Of a DNA stretch of 64,000 nt, positions 38,935-49,241 are shown in pieces. Below the pieces are notes generated by a model. The model ran no database searches, was not told where the DNA came from, and saw only the letters and a program-made list of their open reading frames with translations. Every line of letters starts with the position of its first letter. Position 1 is the stretch's first letter. The DNA comes from an uncultured Bacteroidales bacterium (lineage in GTDB: Bacteria; Bacteroidota; Bacteroidia; Bacteroidales; VadinHA17): assembly GCA_963702415.1 (NCBI GenBank), contig CAVPCP010000008.1:199732-263731 (forward strand), read 5' to 3'. Made by a program: the position numbers and the translations under genes.

Positions 38935-39429
38935 ATGGAAATGAAAATTACAATAGCCTTTTTCTTTGTTACCCTTAGTCAAATCACTCTTTGCCAAGGA
39001 GTAAAATCAGAGATTCAACTTATTGGAGATGTAAAGCTCATAAGTATCGCTAAAGTTTTTACTGCATCGGAGCATAAGCTTGATACCTGCGATACAGGCT
39101 TAGGATGGTTGAATATCTGCAGAATCGATGGTAAGCCATGGTTCGGTGGTGATGCTGGTCTTGATTTACCTAAGTACCAATTATCAAGCTTAATTTTAGA
39201 ATTCAAGAATAAATCTATAAAGTTGGATGTTTCCCAAATGTTTGAACCTGCTTATAATGGTATTTTACAAAGGGATCAGCTTAAGATTACCAAGACAAGG
39301 GACGGATTCGTCTTAGATGCATACTTTTCAGATGGAGCAGGAACATATGTAGCACAATGGAAAATTAAAAATGGGATCTCAAATAGGACTGTTTTAACAA
39401 AGGACGAATCTCAATTTTGGATGAATTGA
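38935..39429 (+). CDS. secreted protein, unknown function
   Basis: The ATG at 38935 gives MEMKITIAFFFVTLSQITLCQG. The track start is 38878. Confidence 0.5.
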   Translation: MEMKITIAFFFVTLSQITLCQGVKSEIQLIGDVKLISIAKVFTASEHKLDTCDTGLGWLNICRIDGKPWFGGDAGLDLPKYQLSSLILEFKNKSIKLDVSQMFEPAYNGILQRDQLKITKTRDGFVLDAYFSDGAGTYVAQWKIKNGISNRTVLTKDESQFWMN

Positions 39430-39439
39430 ACAAACTGGC

Positions 39440-39830
39440 TATAACACGGACAATATGGGTAAGTTGTTTGTCATGGTTTTTGCTTTTACGCCTGCTACCA
39501 AGACAGCTCCTGCTGACCGCGGCACCCGGACTTCGCGCCAGTGTTTCCAATCATACTTCTGCACCTTGACCAATTTCTGGCTCCGAGATAATTTGTACCG
39601 CGACACTGCGCCAGTACTGTTAATAAAATAACAATACCGTGATAATTTCACAGTTACTTTGAAAGTTAGTACCACGACGCGCGTAATGTTAAGCCAACTC
39701 TTTACCTGGACTGCAAAAACACATGCCATACCCTCCTTGCACCGGGACCATTTTCTGGCTAAAGTACCAGGACTCTACCCGGTGCTGTCGTCGGGTAACA
39801 CAACCTCCCCATATTGCCGGGCCGTTATGC
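39440..39830 (+). repeat. mega-attC-like site 28 (391 bp, A3)
   Basis: TATAAC...GTTATGC. Confidence 0.85.
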
Positions 39831-39885
39831 GTCATGACCAACCAGACATATAATTATCTGAATAAATAAATTCAACTCAAAAACA

Positions 39886-40731
39886 ATGAAACTGAGAGAA
39901 TTTTTTATCCTAAGCATTGCATTTTTGATGAATACTCAAAAAGCAGTAAACCAAGATCTCCCATTGGCTAAGTCTCTTGATACCACCTATCACTCGGTAG
40001 TAGCAATATTACGCGCGGACTCAACTGGGAAAACCTATGTTACAGGATCTGGTGTGCTTATCCACCCTAATATTGTTTTAACAGCTGGGCATGTTAACTT
40101 TTTAACACTCAATAGTTGGGATTCTAAATGCTCAACGACTGGATATGTTTCTTTTTCTAATAATGCAAATGAGCCTAATGATCGAATTCCTTTTGATTGG
40201 TTGAATAGTGTTGAAACACATCCGGATCAGTTTAAACTTATGATATATGCTGTAGCAGGGAAGACGAACCGGATTATTGTTGACCTTGGCTTGATTTTTT
40301 TAGATCGCCCAGCGTTGCACAATCCTCTAGTACGACTTCCAGATTCAAATGTGCTTTCCAAAATAAGAAAGGATGATCTTCTTATCGGTGTTGGATACGG
40401 ATATCACAAAGTAGATACAATATATCACAGAATCCCAGGATTAGTTGACGGTCAGAGACGGAAATGGCAACTTTCTCAAATTTCTTTAATAAATGACCTA
40501 TGGTTAAAAACAGGTTGCGATTCAATTACCAACTTACCTTTCATAGGATTGTTTGATTCTGGCGCACCACTTTTACTAAATGATACATTGGTAGTAGGTA
40601 TCTGGGTAGAAACTGAGAAAGCACTTAAACCATGTCTATCTTCAAGTCTTGCAGTTCGAGTTGATAATCCAAGTGTACTCAAATGGATTCAGGATTGTAT
40701 CAAAATGCGGCTTGGAACCAAATCCAATTAG
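39886..40731 (+). CDS. trypsin-like (S1) serine peptidase, secreted
   Basis: GSGVLIHPNIVLTAGHV (catalytic His) and the FDSGAPLL variant of GDSGGP (Ser). Signal peptide. Confidence 0.75.
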   Translation: MKLREFFILSIAFLMNTQKAVNQDLPLAKSLDTTYHSVVAILRADSTGKTYVTGSGVLIHPNIVLTAGHVNFLTLNSWDSKCSTTGYVSFSNNANEPNDRIPFDWLNSVETHPDQFKLMIYAVAGKTNRIIVDLGLIFLDRPALHNPLVRLPDSNVLSKIRKDDLLIGVGYGYHKVDTIYHRIPGLVDGQRRKWQLSQISLINDLWLKTGCDSITNLPFIGLFDSGAPLLLNDTLVVGIWVETEKALKPCLSSSLAVRVDNPSVLKWIQDCIKMRLGTKSN

Positions 40732-40768
40732 AACATAATCTATAACAGGAAAAATAAAATCACGAACG

Positions 40769-41157
40769 CATAACACGGACGGTATAATTAATGGGCTTGT
40801 CACACTTTTTGCTTTTGTCCCTGCTCCCAAGACAGATTCGTAATGGTTCTTGCACCCGGACTCGCACATCTGCTCGCAATTTAAATCCTACACCGTGATA
40901 AATTTCTGGCTCCGAGATAGTTTGTACCGCGACACTGCGCCAGTGCCCGTAACCAACTGTATAACCGCTGATAAATTTGCGGCTCCAATAAAACTTGTAC
41001 CGCGATCGCGCCAGCACTCAATAAAAATTGTACCATGACGGCAAAAAGTGCGCCATACCCTCCTGGCACCGTGACAGTTTTCTGGCTAAAGTACCAGGAC
41101 TCTAATCGGTGCTTGCGTCGGGTAACGCCCACTAATTATACCGCCGAGCCGTTATGG
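40769..41157 (+). repeat. mega-attC-like site 29 (389 bp)
   Basis: CATAAC-ACGGAC-GGTATAATTAATGGGC ... GCCCACTAATTATACC-GCCGAGCC-GTTATGG. Confidence 0.85.
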
Positions 41158-41285
41158 GTCATTCACCCCATCGAAAATTCAGTTTTATCCTCAAGACAAC
41201 TATTAATTGACAATTCAAGAATAGATTATTAATTGTAACATTTGTTTTACTATTTAACCGTTAATCCATATAAAATGAAAACGTT

Positions 41286-41936
41286 ATGAACAAAAAGCTC
41301 ATCATATTAATATCAGTCTTGTTTCTTATTCCACCCATTGTAAGAGCAGATGTATGGGATACTCCTAAAGAGAAAGTATATTATTCTGAAAACAAGAGTT
41401 TTAAATTGATTGTTATCCCAACTTTTATACCTGAAAAGTATTACCAATGGGACTATTTTAAGAATAGCCAGGTGCCTTTTAATAAAGCCGGTCAAAGAAG
41501 AAAAAAACGCCTTCTTGAATCCATCACGGAGAGTGATACAATCTTAATCCCATGCCACGGTAAATTCTATAGCATTTCTGGAGCTGACACGGTATTAATG
41601 TGGGACAGAAAACTCTTAAATGACAATTGTCCAGTGCATGCAATTGTATCTAATGAGGGTTCATCAGTTATAACTTTTGATAATTGGTATTCAATGGGAT
41701 ATGGCGTTAATGTAATGGTGGTATATAATGAAAAAGGTGATGCAAAACGAACCTACAAACTTGAAGAAATTACTCCTTACCCCTTAAATGACTACTCCAG
41801 ATCAATATCTTCTATTGGGTGGAGATCAGGGGAGAGATATATTGATAATGATAAAGTTGAAATTGATTTCATAAACGAAAAAGACATCATCACAAAAAGA
41901 ATCTTTAATACAAGACTATTGATTTTTGAAAAATAA
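41286..41936 (+). CDS. secreted protein, unknown function
   Basis: Signal peptide MNKKLIILISVLFLIPPIVRA. 216 aa. Confidence 0.5.
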   Translation: MNKKLIILISVLFLIPPIVRADVWDTPKEKVYYSENKSFKLIVIPTFIPEKYYQWDYFKNSQVPFNKAGQRRKKRLLESITESDTILIPCHGKFYSISGADTVLMWDRKLLNDNCPVHAIVSNEGSSVITFDNWYSMGYGVNVMVVYNEKGDAKRTYKLEEITPYPLNDYSRSISSIGWRSGERYIDNDKVEIDFINEKDIITKRIFNTRLLIFEK

Positions 41937-41941
41937 CGCCC

Positions 41942-42370
41942 CATAACACGGACAATATGGGTAAGTTGTTTGTCACGGTTTTTGCTTTTACTCCTGCACG
42001 CAAGACAGCTTTGTAATGGTATATGCACCCGGACACGCTCATCTACCTGCTATTTAAACCCTGCACCTTGACAAATTTCTTGCTCCGAGACAAATTGTAC
42101 CGCGACACTGCGCCAGTGCCCTCCATCAAATTTGTAACCGGGGATAATTTCGCGGCTCCGATCAACTTTGTACCGCGACACGCGTAATGCTCAATAAAAT
42201 TTGTACCTGGACGGCAAAAAGTGCGCCCCCGCTTTCGCTGCGCTACTGCGGGGCAGGCTCCCCCTCCTTGCACCGGGACAGTTTCGTGGCCCCGCTAAGG
42301 CGGGGTACCTGGACCCTGCCCGGTGCTACGTCGGGTAACACAACCTCCCCATATTGCCGGGCCGTTAGCA
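41942..42370 (+). repeat. mega-attC-like site 30 (429 bp, A1 plus two hairpin insertions)
   Basis: CATAAC...GTTAGCA. Inserts at 42227-42253 and 42290-42305. Confidence 0.85.
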
Positions 42371-42398
42371 GTAACCATCCACCGATATCAAAACTAAC

Positions 42399-42890
42399 AT
42401 GACGAAGATGACTGACCAAAGCAATATTGTATTCAAGGTTGCTAACACTTTCCAAGAATTTGAAGATGGAAGAAATTTGTTTCAACAATATGCAAATTCT
42501 CTAAACATAGACTTATCTTTTCAAGATTTCCCTAATGAACTAAAGACAATAGACAAACAATACAACAAGCCCAATGGTTCTTTATTGATTGCTTACAGTG
42601 ATAAAATTGCTGTAGGTTGTGTTGGAATTAGAGAATTTGACAAAGACACTGCTGAACTAAAACGAATGTTTGTTAAGATAGAATATAGAGGATATAAAAT
42701 AGGAGTTAAATTGTTAGAACTAGCCATTGATATTATTAAAAAACTCGATTATAAAAAAATCAGACTTGATACTTTATCAACTATGACTCAGGCACAAAAA
42801 CTTTATCGTTCATTTGGTTTTCATGAAATACCTCCCTATCGTTTTAATCCAATTAAAGGGTCTGTTTTTATGGAAAAAGAATTGATCTGA
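42399..42890 (+). CDS. GNAT family N-acetyltransferase
   Basis: VGCVGIREFDKDTAELKRMFVKIEYRGYKIGVKLLE...A....Y..I.LDT...M..A..LY...GF matches GNAT motifs A and B. Confidence 0.85.
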   Translation: MTKMTDQSNIVFKVANTFQEFEDGRNLFQQYANSLNIDLSFQDFPNELKTIDKQYNKPNGSLLIAYSDKIAVGCVGIREFDKDTAELKRMFVKIEYRGYKIGVKLLELAIDIIKKLDYKKIRLDTLSTMTQAQKLYRSFGFHEIPPYRFNPIKGSVFMEKELI

Positions 42891-42959
42891 TACTTAATTT
42901 AAATCAAATGCTCATTCACCAGACACAGTACACTCTCATTAAATTAAAAAAGGTATACT

Positions 42960-43352
42960 GCTAACACGGACAATAAAGGTAAGTTGTTTGTCACGGTTTT
43001 TGCTATTGCTCCTGCTACCGAGACAAATTCGTTATGGGTGCTAAACCCGGACACGCGTGTCTGCACGCAATCAAAATCCTGCAACATGACAAATTTCTGG
43101 CTCCGAGACAACTTGTACCACGACACTACGCCAGTGCCCATTTATCAACCTTCTGCTACCGAGACAATTTACCGGTCACTTATCAACTTTGTACCGCGAC
43201 ACTCGTAATGCTCAATAAAGTTTGTACCCGGACTGCAAAAACGCGTGCCATACCCTCCTTGCACCGTGATAGTTTATCGGCTAAAGTACCTGGACCCTGT
43301 TCGGTGCTTTCGTCGGGAAACACAACCTCCCCATATTGCCGGGCCGTTATAC
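42960..43352 (+). repeat. mega-attC-like site 31 (393 bp)
   Basis: GCTAAC-ACGGAC-AATAAAGGTAAGTTGT ... GTTATAC. Confidence 0.85.
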
Positions 43353-43399
43353 GTAATTAACAACAAAACTGATAGTTGCGTTCTCAATTATAGTTTCAG

Positions 43400-43645
43400 A
43401 TGAGTTCGAAAACTATACTTAGAAAGATTCCTTTAAATTTTGAGAGAACCTTTGTCTCAAATAGTTCTGCAGCCTTAGCCAGATCTCATCGTCTAATGCG
43501 AATTGAACATGAAAAGGAGATGGTCTTTATGTGCATTTGCTCTCAAATTCATCTGGACGATTTCCGAAAATCCCGATCTGAAAAGCAGAGAGGGGATCGA
43601 AGGCAAAAAAGAGAAAAGACTAATGTGACTAAATATTCCAATTGA
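43400..43645 (+). CDS. hypothetical small basic protein (copy 2 of 2)
   Basis: Paralog of 15660-15905 in a duplicated cassette. Confidence 0.4.
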   Translation: MSSKTILRKIPLNFERTFVSNSSAALARSHRLMRIEHEKEMVFMCICSQIHLDDFRKSRSEKQRGDRRQKREKTNVTKYSN

Positions 43646-43830
43646 TAATATTAGCTGTATTAAATATCAGAGCGAGACCAGCTCGTTAAACACGGACTAC
43701 TGCTTCATATAAATTGTTATTCCCCTAATTAATCCAGAAGCATTAAATTCAGGGGATAACTTTGTTTTGGTGTGAAAACAGAACCCATTCCATAGATATC
43801 TACCCTGTAGGAAGAAACAAAAAAACTACG

Positions 43831-44148
43831 TATAACACGGACGGTATAATTAATAAGCTTGTCATGGTTTTTGCTTTTGGTATCAGGTTTAAAGAGAGGA
43901 GTAGGGTAGGAGACAAATCCGGATCGCGCCATTACTGTTAATAAAATAACAATACCGCGATAGCATCCCGACCACTTAGAAGCCTTGTACCGCGACACTC
44001 GTAAAGTCCATAAAGCTCGGTAAGGTGACTGCAAAAACGCATGCCATACTCTCCTCGCACCGGGACAAATTCTCGGCTAAAGAACCAGGACTCTGGCCGG
44101 ATGCTTCGTCGAGTAACGCTTACTAATTATACCGCCGGGCCGTTAGGT
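43831..44148 (+). repeat. mega-attC-like site 32 (318 bp; copy of site 8)
   Basis: TATAAC...GTTAGGT. Confidence 0.85.
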
Positions 44149-44371
44149 GGCATAGCGCGCCCCGGTGGACAACAAAAAGTTATCCCATGACAGTTCAGCT
44201 TGACAGATAAATTCTGCTTTCTATTATATCTTGACTTTGCATTTACCTAGACAAGTAACTCTACGCCACCTAACGGCATTAATTTTATCAAGGACTAAAG
44301 ACTTCTTTCTAACCTGGACTTAAGATTCTACCAATTTCAAGTTATCTTTACAAAACAAACTTTGCTATAAT

Positions 44372-45133
44372 ATGACTGATATAGAAATCATTGACCTCAC
44401 ACCAGAGAATATTGCAGATTATGGTGTTTGTGGATACAAAGACGTTGAAAAGCATTTGGAGTTAAGAAGAAAGATTGATTGGTTTAAGGAGTATTATCCA
44501 AAAGGATTAAGAATAAAAGCAATTCTATCAAAGACAGGCGGATATCAGGGTATGCTCGAGTATATTCCTGGTAAATATGCTCATCGACCTGTTGACGCTG
44601 TGGGCTATATGTTTATCCATTGCATATTTGTTGGCTTCAAAACACAATTCAAAGGAAAAGGTTATGCTTCATCTCTTATTGATTCCTGTATTCAAGAGGC
44701 AAAGAGCCTTAATATGTATGGTGTGGCAGTAGTTACCAGAAAAGGATCATTTATGGCAAACAAGGATATCTTCATTAAAAAGGGATTCAAGTCTATTGAT
44801 ACAGCAAAACCAGATTTTGAGTTATTAGTTTTAAAATTCGATAAAGCTGCAACTGATCCAAAGTTTAAAACCTTCTCGCTTGATAAATACGATAACGGTC
44901 TGACTATTATACGCTCTGCACAATGTCCCTATTCGGTAAAAAACGTGGACGCAATACTCAAGACTGCAAAAAAACTTAAAATAAAAGCTAATCTGATAGA
45001 AATAGAGGATTCCGAATCAGCTCAACAAACTCCCTCTGCCTTCGGGACTTTTTGTATAATTCATAACAATGAGGTAATAAGCCATCACCCAATCAGTAAC
45101 ACAAGATTTGAAAATATAATGGCCAAAAGGTAG
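44372..45133 (+). CDS. GNAT acetyltransferase with a YoaP-like C-terminal domain
   Basis: FIHCIFVGFKTQFKGKGYASSLIDSCIQEAK...GVAVVT is a GNAT core. The C-terminal part (CPY...FGTFCIIHNNEVISHHPIS) resembles the YoaP-like domain. Confidence 0.65.
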   Translation: MTDIEIIDLTPENIADYGVCGYKDVEKHLELRRKIDWFKEYYPKGLRIKAILSKTGGYQGMLEYIPGKYAHRPVDAVGYMFIHCIFVGFKTQFKGKGYASSLIDSCIQEAKSLNMYGVAVVTRKGSFMANKDIFIKKGFKSIDTAKPDFELLVLKFDKAATDPKFKTFSLDKYDNGLTIIRSAQCPYSVKNVDAILKTAKKLKIKANLIEIEDSESAQQTPSAFGTFCIIHNNEVISHHPISNTRFENIMAKR

Positions 45134-45199
45134 ATTCAACCTTCTGGACATTGACCTTATAAACAAGACATTACCAAGACAAAATAATTGCTACGACCA

Positions 45200-45545
45200 C
45201 CTAACACGGACAATAAAATTAATAGGTTTGTCACAAGTTTTGCTTTTGCTCCTGCACCCATGACAGCTCTGTAACCGGTGATAAACCCGGACCGCGCCAC
45301 TGCACCGCATAAAAATTCTGCACCGTGGCTATTATATCGTTCGCATCAACTTTGTACCGCGACACACGTAATGCTCAATAAAATTTGTACCCGGATGGCA
45401 AAAAGTGCGCCCCCGCTTTCGCTGCGCTACTGCGGGGCAGGCTCCCCCTCCTTGCACCGGGACAGCTTGGTGGCTAAAGTACCGGGACCCTGCCCGGTGC
45501 TTGCGTCGGGTAACACAACCTCCCCATATTGCCGGGCCGTTATAA
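45200..45545 (+). repeat. mega-attC-like site 33 (346 bp, chimeric: A5 left end, A1 right end)
   Basis: CCTAAC-ACGGAC-AATAAAATTAATAGGT on the left, ACAACCTCCCCATATT on the right. TTCGCT hairpin at 45411-45437. Confidence 0.8.
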
Positions 45546-45653
45546 GCAAAGCAGCTCAAAATGGATATGATTTGTGAAGGGATTTTAATTTTACAGGTAG
45601 CCGCTCTCAAATGAATCTCATAACTTTACTAATGATAACCAATATCTAATAAA

Positions 45654-46034
45654 ATGAAAAGATCAAAGTATTTTTTAATCATTACCGTTCTAGTAATGGT
45701 TACCAATGCATTGAATGCCCAGGACAAAGTTAAGAACATCATTCTTCCAGGTTCATGGATGGGTAAACTCTCAGCGGACGGTATGGAATTAAGGGTAGTC
45801 TTTAATCTTAAGCTAGTTCAGAAAGACAGCCTCACAGTTACACTCGACAGTCCTGATCAGAACGCAAAGGACATTCCTGCCGGACCCGTTATAGTGGAAA
45901 ATAAGAAAGTTATAATCAAAGCTCCCGGGATAAACGGGCAATATGAGGGAACTGTGATAAGCGATTCAACGATCACAGGAACATGGTCGCAGAATGGTGG
46001 TACGCTACCACTGGATATAAAGAAGCAAAAATAG
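45654..46034 (+). CDS. small secreted protein
   Basis: Signal peptide. 126 aa. Confidence 0.5.
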   Translation: MKRSKYFLIITVLVMVTNALNAQDKVKNIILPGSWMGKLSADGMELRVVFNLKLVQKDSLTVTLDSPDQNAKDIPAGPVIVENKKVIIKAPGINGQYEGTVISDSTITGTWSQNGGTLPLDIKKQK

Positions 46035-46086
46035 ATCTAAAAACTGGCTGTTTTACCTTGTCTCGATAAATATCAACAGCTCAGCT

Positions 46087-46433
46087 TATAACACGGACAA
46101 TATGGGTAAGTTGCTTGTCACGGTTTTTGCTTTTGCTCCTGCCACCTAGACAGAACCGTAATGCTTGACAAATCCAGACCGCGCCACAACTGTTAACAAA
46201 ATAACAATACCTGGATAGTTCCCCATTCGTAAGATAACTTGTACCGCGACACTCGTAATGCTCAGCCAAATTAGTACCCGGACTGCAAAAACACGTGCCC
46301 CCGCTTTCGCTGCGCTACTGCGGGGCAGGCTCCCCCTCCTTGCACCGTGACAGCTTTCTGGCTAAAGTATCGGGATCGTGACCGGATGCTGCGTCGGGTA
46401 ACACAACCTCCCCATATTGCCGGGCCGTTAGCG
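46087..46433 (+). repeat. mega-attC-like site 34 (347 bp, A2 plus hairpin)
   Basis: TATAAC...GTTAGCG. Near-copy of site 45. Confidence 0.85.
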
Positions 46434-46549
46434 GGCATTATCAACATCCTACTAACCAGACACTTTAATAGACAAACAGAAAAAACGCCCGCTAACTCCT
46501 AAAGAGTCATATAGCAGCACGAACACAAGCTCTTCTCAAACAAACTCAA

Positions 46550-47026
46550 ATGCGAGATAAAAGATTTATAGCTGAACATAGAGGGGGACTTCTTAATAAA
46601 GACCATCACCGACTATTAATGATATGGGCTTGCTTATGCGCTGAACATGTTCTGCCACTCTTTAGCGAAACATTAGATGAGCGCTTGACAAATGCCTTAT
46701 TGATCGCAAAAGAGTGGGCAAATGGAAATACAAATGTTGGAGAGGCAATGAAAGCATCTGTAGATGCGCATGCTGTCGCAAGAAAATCAAATAATCCGAC
46801 ATCGATTGCGGTGGCTCGTTCTGTTGGACAGGCTGTTGCCACTGCTCATATGGCTGACCATTCATTAGGAGCAGCGATATATGCTTTAAAAGCCATTAGA
46901 AACACTGGTAAATCGATAGATGCAGAAAGAAAATGGCAAAATGAACAGCTGCCATCAGAAATAAGGGAGATTGTCTTGACTGCAAAAACTAGTAAAGAAA
47001 AAGCTTTAAAACTAGCATTCAGTTAA
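46550..47026 (+). CDS. helical putative immunity-type protein (Imm5-like)
   Basis: AKEWANGNTNVGEAMKASVDAHAVARKS..PTSIAVARSVGQAVATAHMADHSLGAAIYALKAI resembles putative immunity protein families. This is my recollection only. Confidence 0.4.
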   Translation: MRDKRFIAEHRGGLLNKDHHRLLMIWACLCAEHVLPLFSETLDERLTNALLIAKEWANGNTNVGEAMKASVDAHAVARKSNNPTSIAVARSVGQAVATAHMADHSLGAAIYALKAIRNTGKSIDAERKWQNEQLPSEIREIVLTAKTSKEKALKLAFS

Positions 47027-47050
47027 TGGGCAAGAACTATAACAACGCTC

Positions 47051-47508
47051 CGCTAACACGGACAATATGGGTAAGTTGTTTGTCACACTTTTTGCTTTTG
47101 CTTCTGCTCCCAAGATAAATCCGTAATGACTGTTGCACCCGGACCCTTCGCTCCGCTCAGGACAGGTACGCGCATCTGCCCGCAATCAAAATCCTGTACC
47201 TTGACAAATTTCTGGCTCCGAGACAGCTTGTACTCCCGAGTACTCGGGACCAGTGCCCGCAACCAACTCTGTAACCGGGGATAAATTCGCGGCTCCTATT
47301 AAACTTGTACCGCGACCGCGCCTTCACCCAATAAAATTTGTACCATGACGGCAAAAAGTGCGCCCCCGCTTTCGCTGCGCTACTGCGGGGCAGGCTCCCC
47401 CTCCTTGCACCGTGACAACTTTCTGGCCCCGCCTGAGGCGGGGTACCAGGACACAACCGGTGCTATCGTCGGGTAACACAACCTCCCCATATTGCCGGGC
47501 CGTTAGCC
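47051..47508 (+). repeat. mega-attC-like site 35 (458 bp, A1 plus four small insertions)
   Basis: GCTAAC...GTTAGCC. Inserts near 47145-47171, 47234-47249, 47364-47390 and 47427-47443. Confidence 0.85.
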
Positions 47509-47617
47509 TTAATGAGAAACGTGCTGTCGACTATAGACATCTTCAAGAAAACCTTGTAATAATTTGGAAATTGTTGTCTAATTAGGTAACTTTGCAATCA
47601 GTATAAAAGTCAATATT

Positions 47618-47971
47618 GTGGCAGAACGACATATACGTGACACATTTGTCTACAAAAACTACTTCTGGGACTTTTATGACTCCCAGAAACAAAATGTTCA
47701 AGACAAAATTGATTTTGTAATTGGATTAGTAAGAACTCTAAGAATAGTCCCTGAAAGATTTCTCAAACATCTGGAGGGGACGAACGGATTATATGAGTTG
47801 CGTATCAAAGTTGGGAATAATATTTTCAGGATATTTTGCTTCTTTGATGAAGGCAATTTAGTGATTCTGCTAGGTGGGTTTCAAAAAAAGAGTGAAAAAA
47901 CTCCACGCAGAGAGATTATTAATGCAGAAAGAATTAAAGATGAGTACTATCATGAAAAACAAAGTAAATAA
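47618..47971 (+). CDS. RelE/HigB-type toxin (Gp49-like, DUF891)
   Basis: FLKHLEGTNGLYELRIKVGNNIFRIFCFFDEGNLVILLGGFQKKSEKTPRREI. Overlaps the downstream HTH antitoxin gene. Confidence 0.8.
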   Translation: MAERHIRDTFVYKNYFWDFYDSQKQNVQDKIDFVIGLVRTLRIVPERFLKHLEGTNGLYELRIKVGNNIFRIFCFFDEGNLVILLGGFQKKSEKTPRREIINAERIKDEYYHEKQSK

Positions 47972-48260
47972 AAATCTGACCTCCTGGGATGATCACCTTG
48001 ACAAGAAGTATGGAAAAACAGGTACTCCTTCAAGAGACAAATACGAACAGGAATTTGAAGCATTTAAGCTTGGAGTTCTCCTTCAGGAAGCCCGTAAGAA
48101 AAAACATATGACTCAAGAGGAACTTGCATTAAAAGTCGGGACTACAAAAAATTACATTTCCAGGATTGAAAACGATGCAAGTGACATAAGACTTTCTACC
48201 CTTATGAGAATAATAAACGAGGGACTTGGAGGCCATCTTAAGCTGACTCTAGAGGTTTAA
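47952..48260 (+). CDS. XRE-family HTH antitoxin (HigA-like)
   Basis: LLQEARKKKHMTQEELALKVGTTKNYISRIENDASDIRLSTLMRII. The start overlaps the toxin 3' end; an alternative ATG is at 47940. Confidence 0.8.
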   Translation: MKNKVNKNLTSWDDHLDKKYGKTGTPSRDKYEQEFEAFKLGVLLQEARKKKHMTQEELALKVGTTKNYISRIENDASDIRLSTLMRIINEGLGGHLKLTLEV

Positions 48261-48278
48261 AAATAAAAAATCACTAAG

Positions 48279-48679
48279 GCTAACACGGACAATAAACGGC
48301 ATTTGTTTGTCATGGTTTTTGCTTTTACTCCTGCTACCAAGACAGCTCCTGCTGACCGGGGCACTTGGACTTCGCACCAGTACTCACAATTTAACTTCTG
48401 CACCTTGACCAGTTTCTGGCTCCGAGGCAAATTGTACCACGACACTGCGCCAGTGCTGTTAATAAAATAACAATACCTGGATAGATTCCCCTCAACTTAT
48501 AAAGTGTGTACCGCGACACTCGTGATGTCTACAAAGCTCTGTATCCGGACTGCAAAAACACATGCCATACCCTCCTTGCACCGTGACAGTTTTCTGGCTA
48601 AAGTACCATCCCGAGTACTCGGGATGCCCGGTGCTCGCGTCGGGTAACACAACCTCCCCATATTGCCGGGCCGTTATGC
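48279..48679 (+). repeat. mega-attC-like site 36 (401 bp, A3 plus palindrome; mismatched L boxes)
   Basis: GCTAAC-ACGGAC-AATAAACGGCATTTGT on the left, CCCCATATT on the right. ATCCCGAGTACTCGGGAT at 48608-48625. Confidence 0.8.
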
Positions 48680-48765
48680 TTAAGCGGGCGGGGAGCCTAT
48701 TTGCAGGACATTTGTAATAAAGAATAACAACTCTCGGATACTTCTAACCCTAAAACAGAATTACT

Positions 48766-49197
48766 ATGAAAAGGACAATTTCGATCTTAGCGTTTTTGAT
48801 TTTATTAATCAATGTTTCTAATTCAGGGTTCGGACAAGTAAGTATGTCTTTTCAATATTCTTCACTTAGCAAAATTGGAATCGCCTACAACTTTTCTCCA
48901 AAGGTCTGGACTGAGTTAAGAATTTACAGCAACACTTTTATTGAAGATATCACCGCAGAATTAGCCGTTTTTTATAATGTTTCTGTAAAAGACCAGCATG
49001 AATTCTATATCGGGATTGGAGCTGTAGCTAATTACTTTTCAGGAATAATTATCCCTATTGGATTGCAATTCAGACCTATTGAGAACTTTAAAAGATTTTC
49101 TCTGCAGATAGAGTTTGAGCCAACAATCGATATTGGAAATGAAAATCTTGCTCTTCAAAGTTCTGCAGGAATAAGATACACATTTGGAAAAAAGTAA
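48766..49197 (+). CDS. small secreted protein, possibly an outer-membrane beta-barrel
   Basis: Signal peptide, alternating hydrophobic pattern, C-terminal ...GIRYTFGKK. Confidence 0.4.
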   Translation: MKRTISILAFLILLINVSNSGFGQVSMSFQYSSLSKIGIAYNFSPKVWTELRIYSNTFIEDITAELAVFYNVSVKDQHEFYIGIGAVANYFSGIIIPIGLQFRPIENFKRFSLQIEFEPTIDIGNENLALQSSAGIRYTFGKK

Positions 49198-49241
49198 GAG
49201 CAGGAACCATGACAACTAAATTACCAAATAAAATGCCTAAG

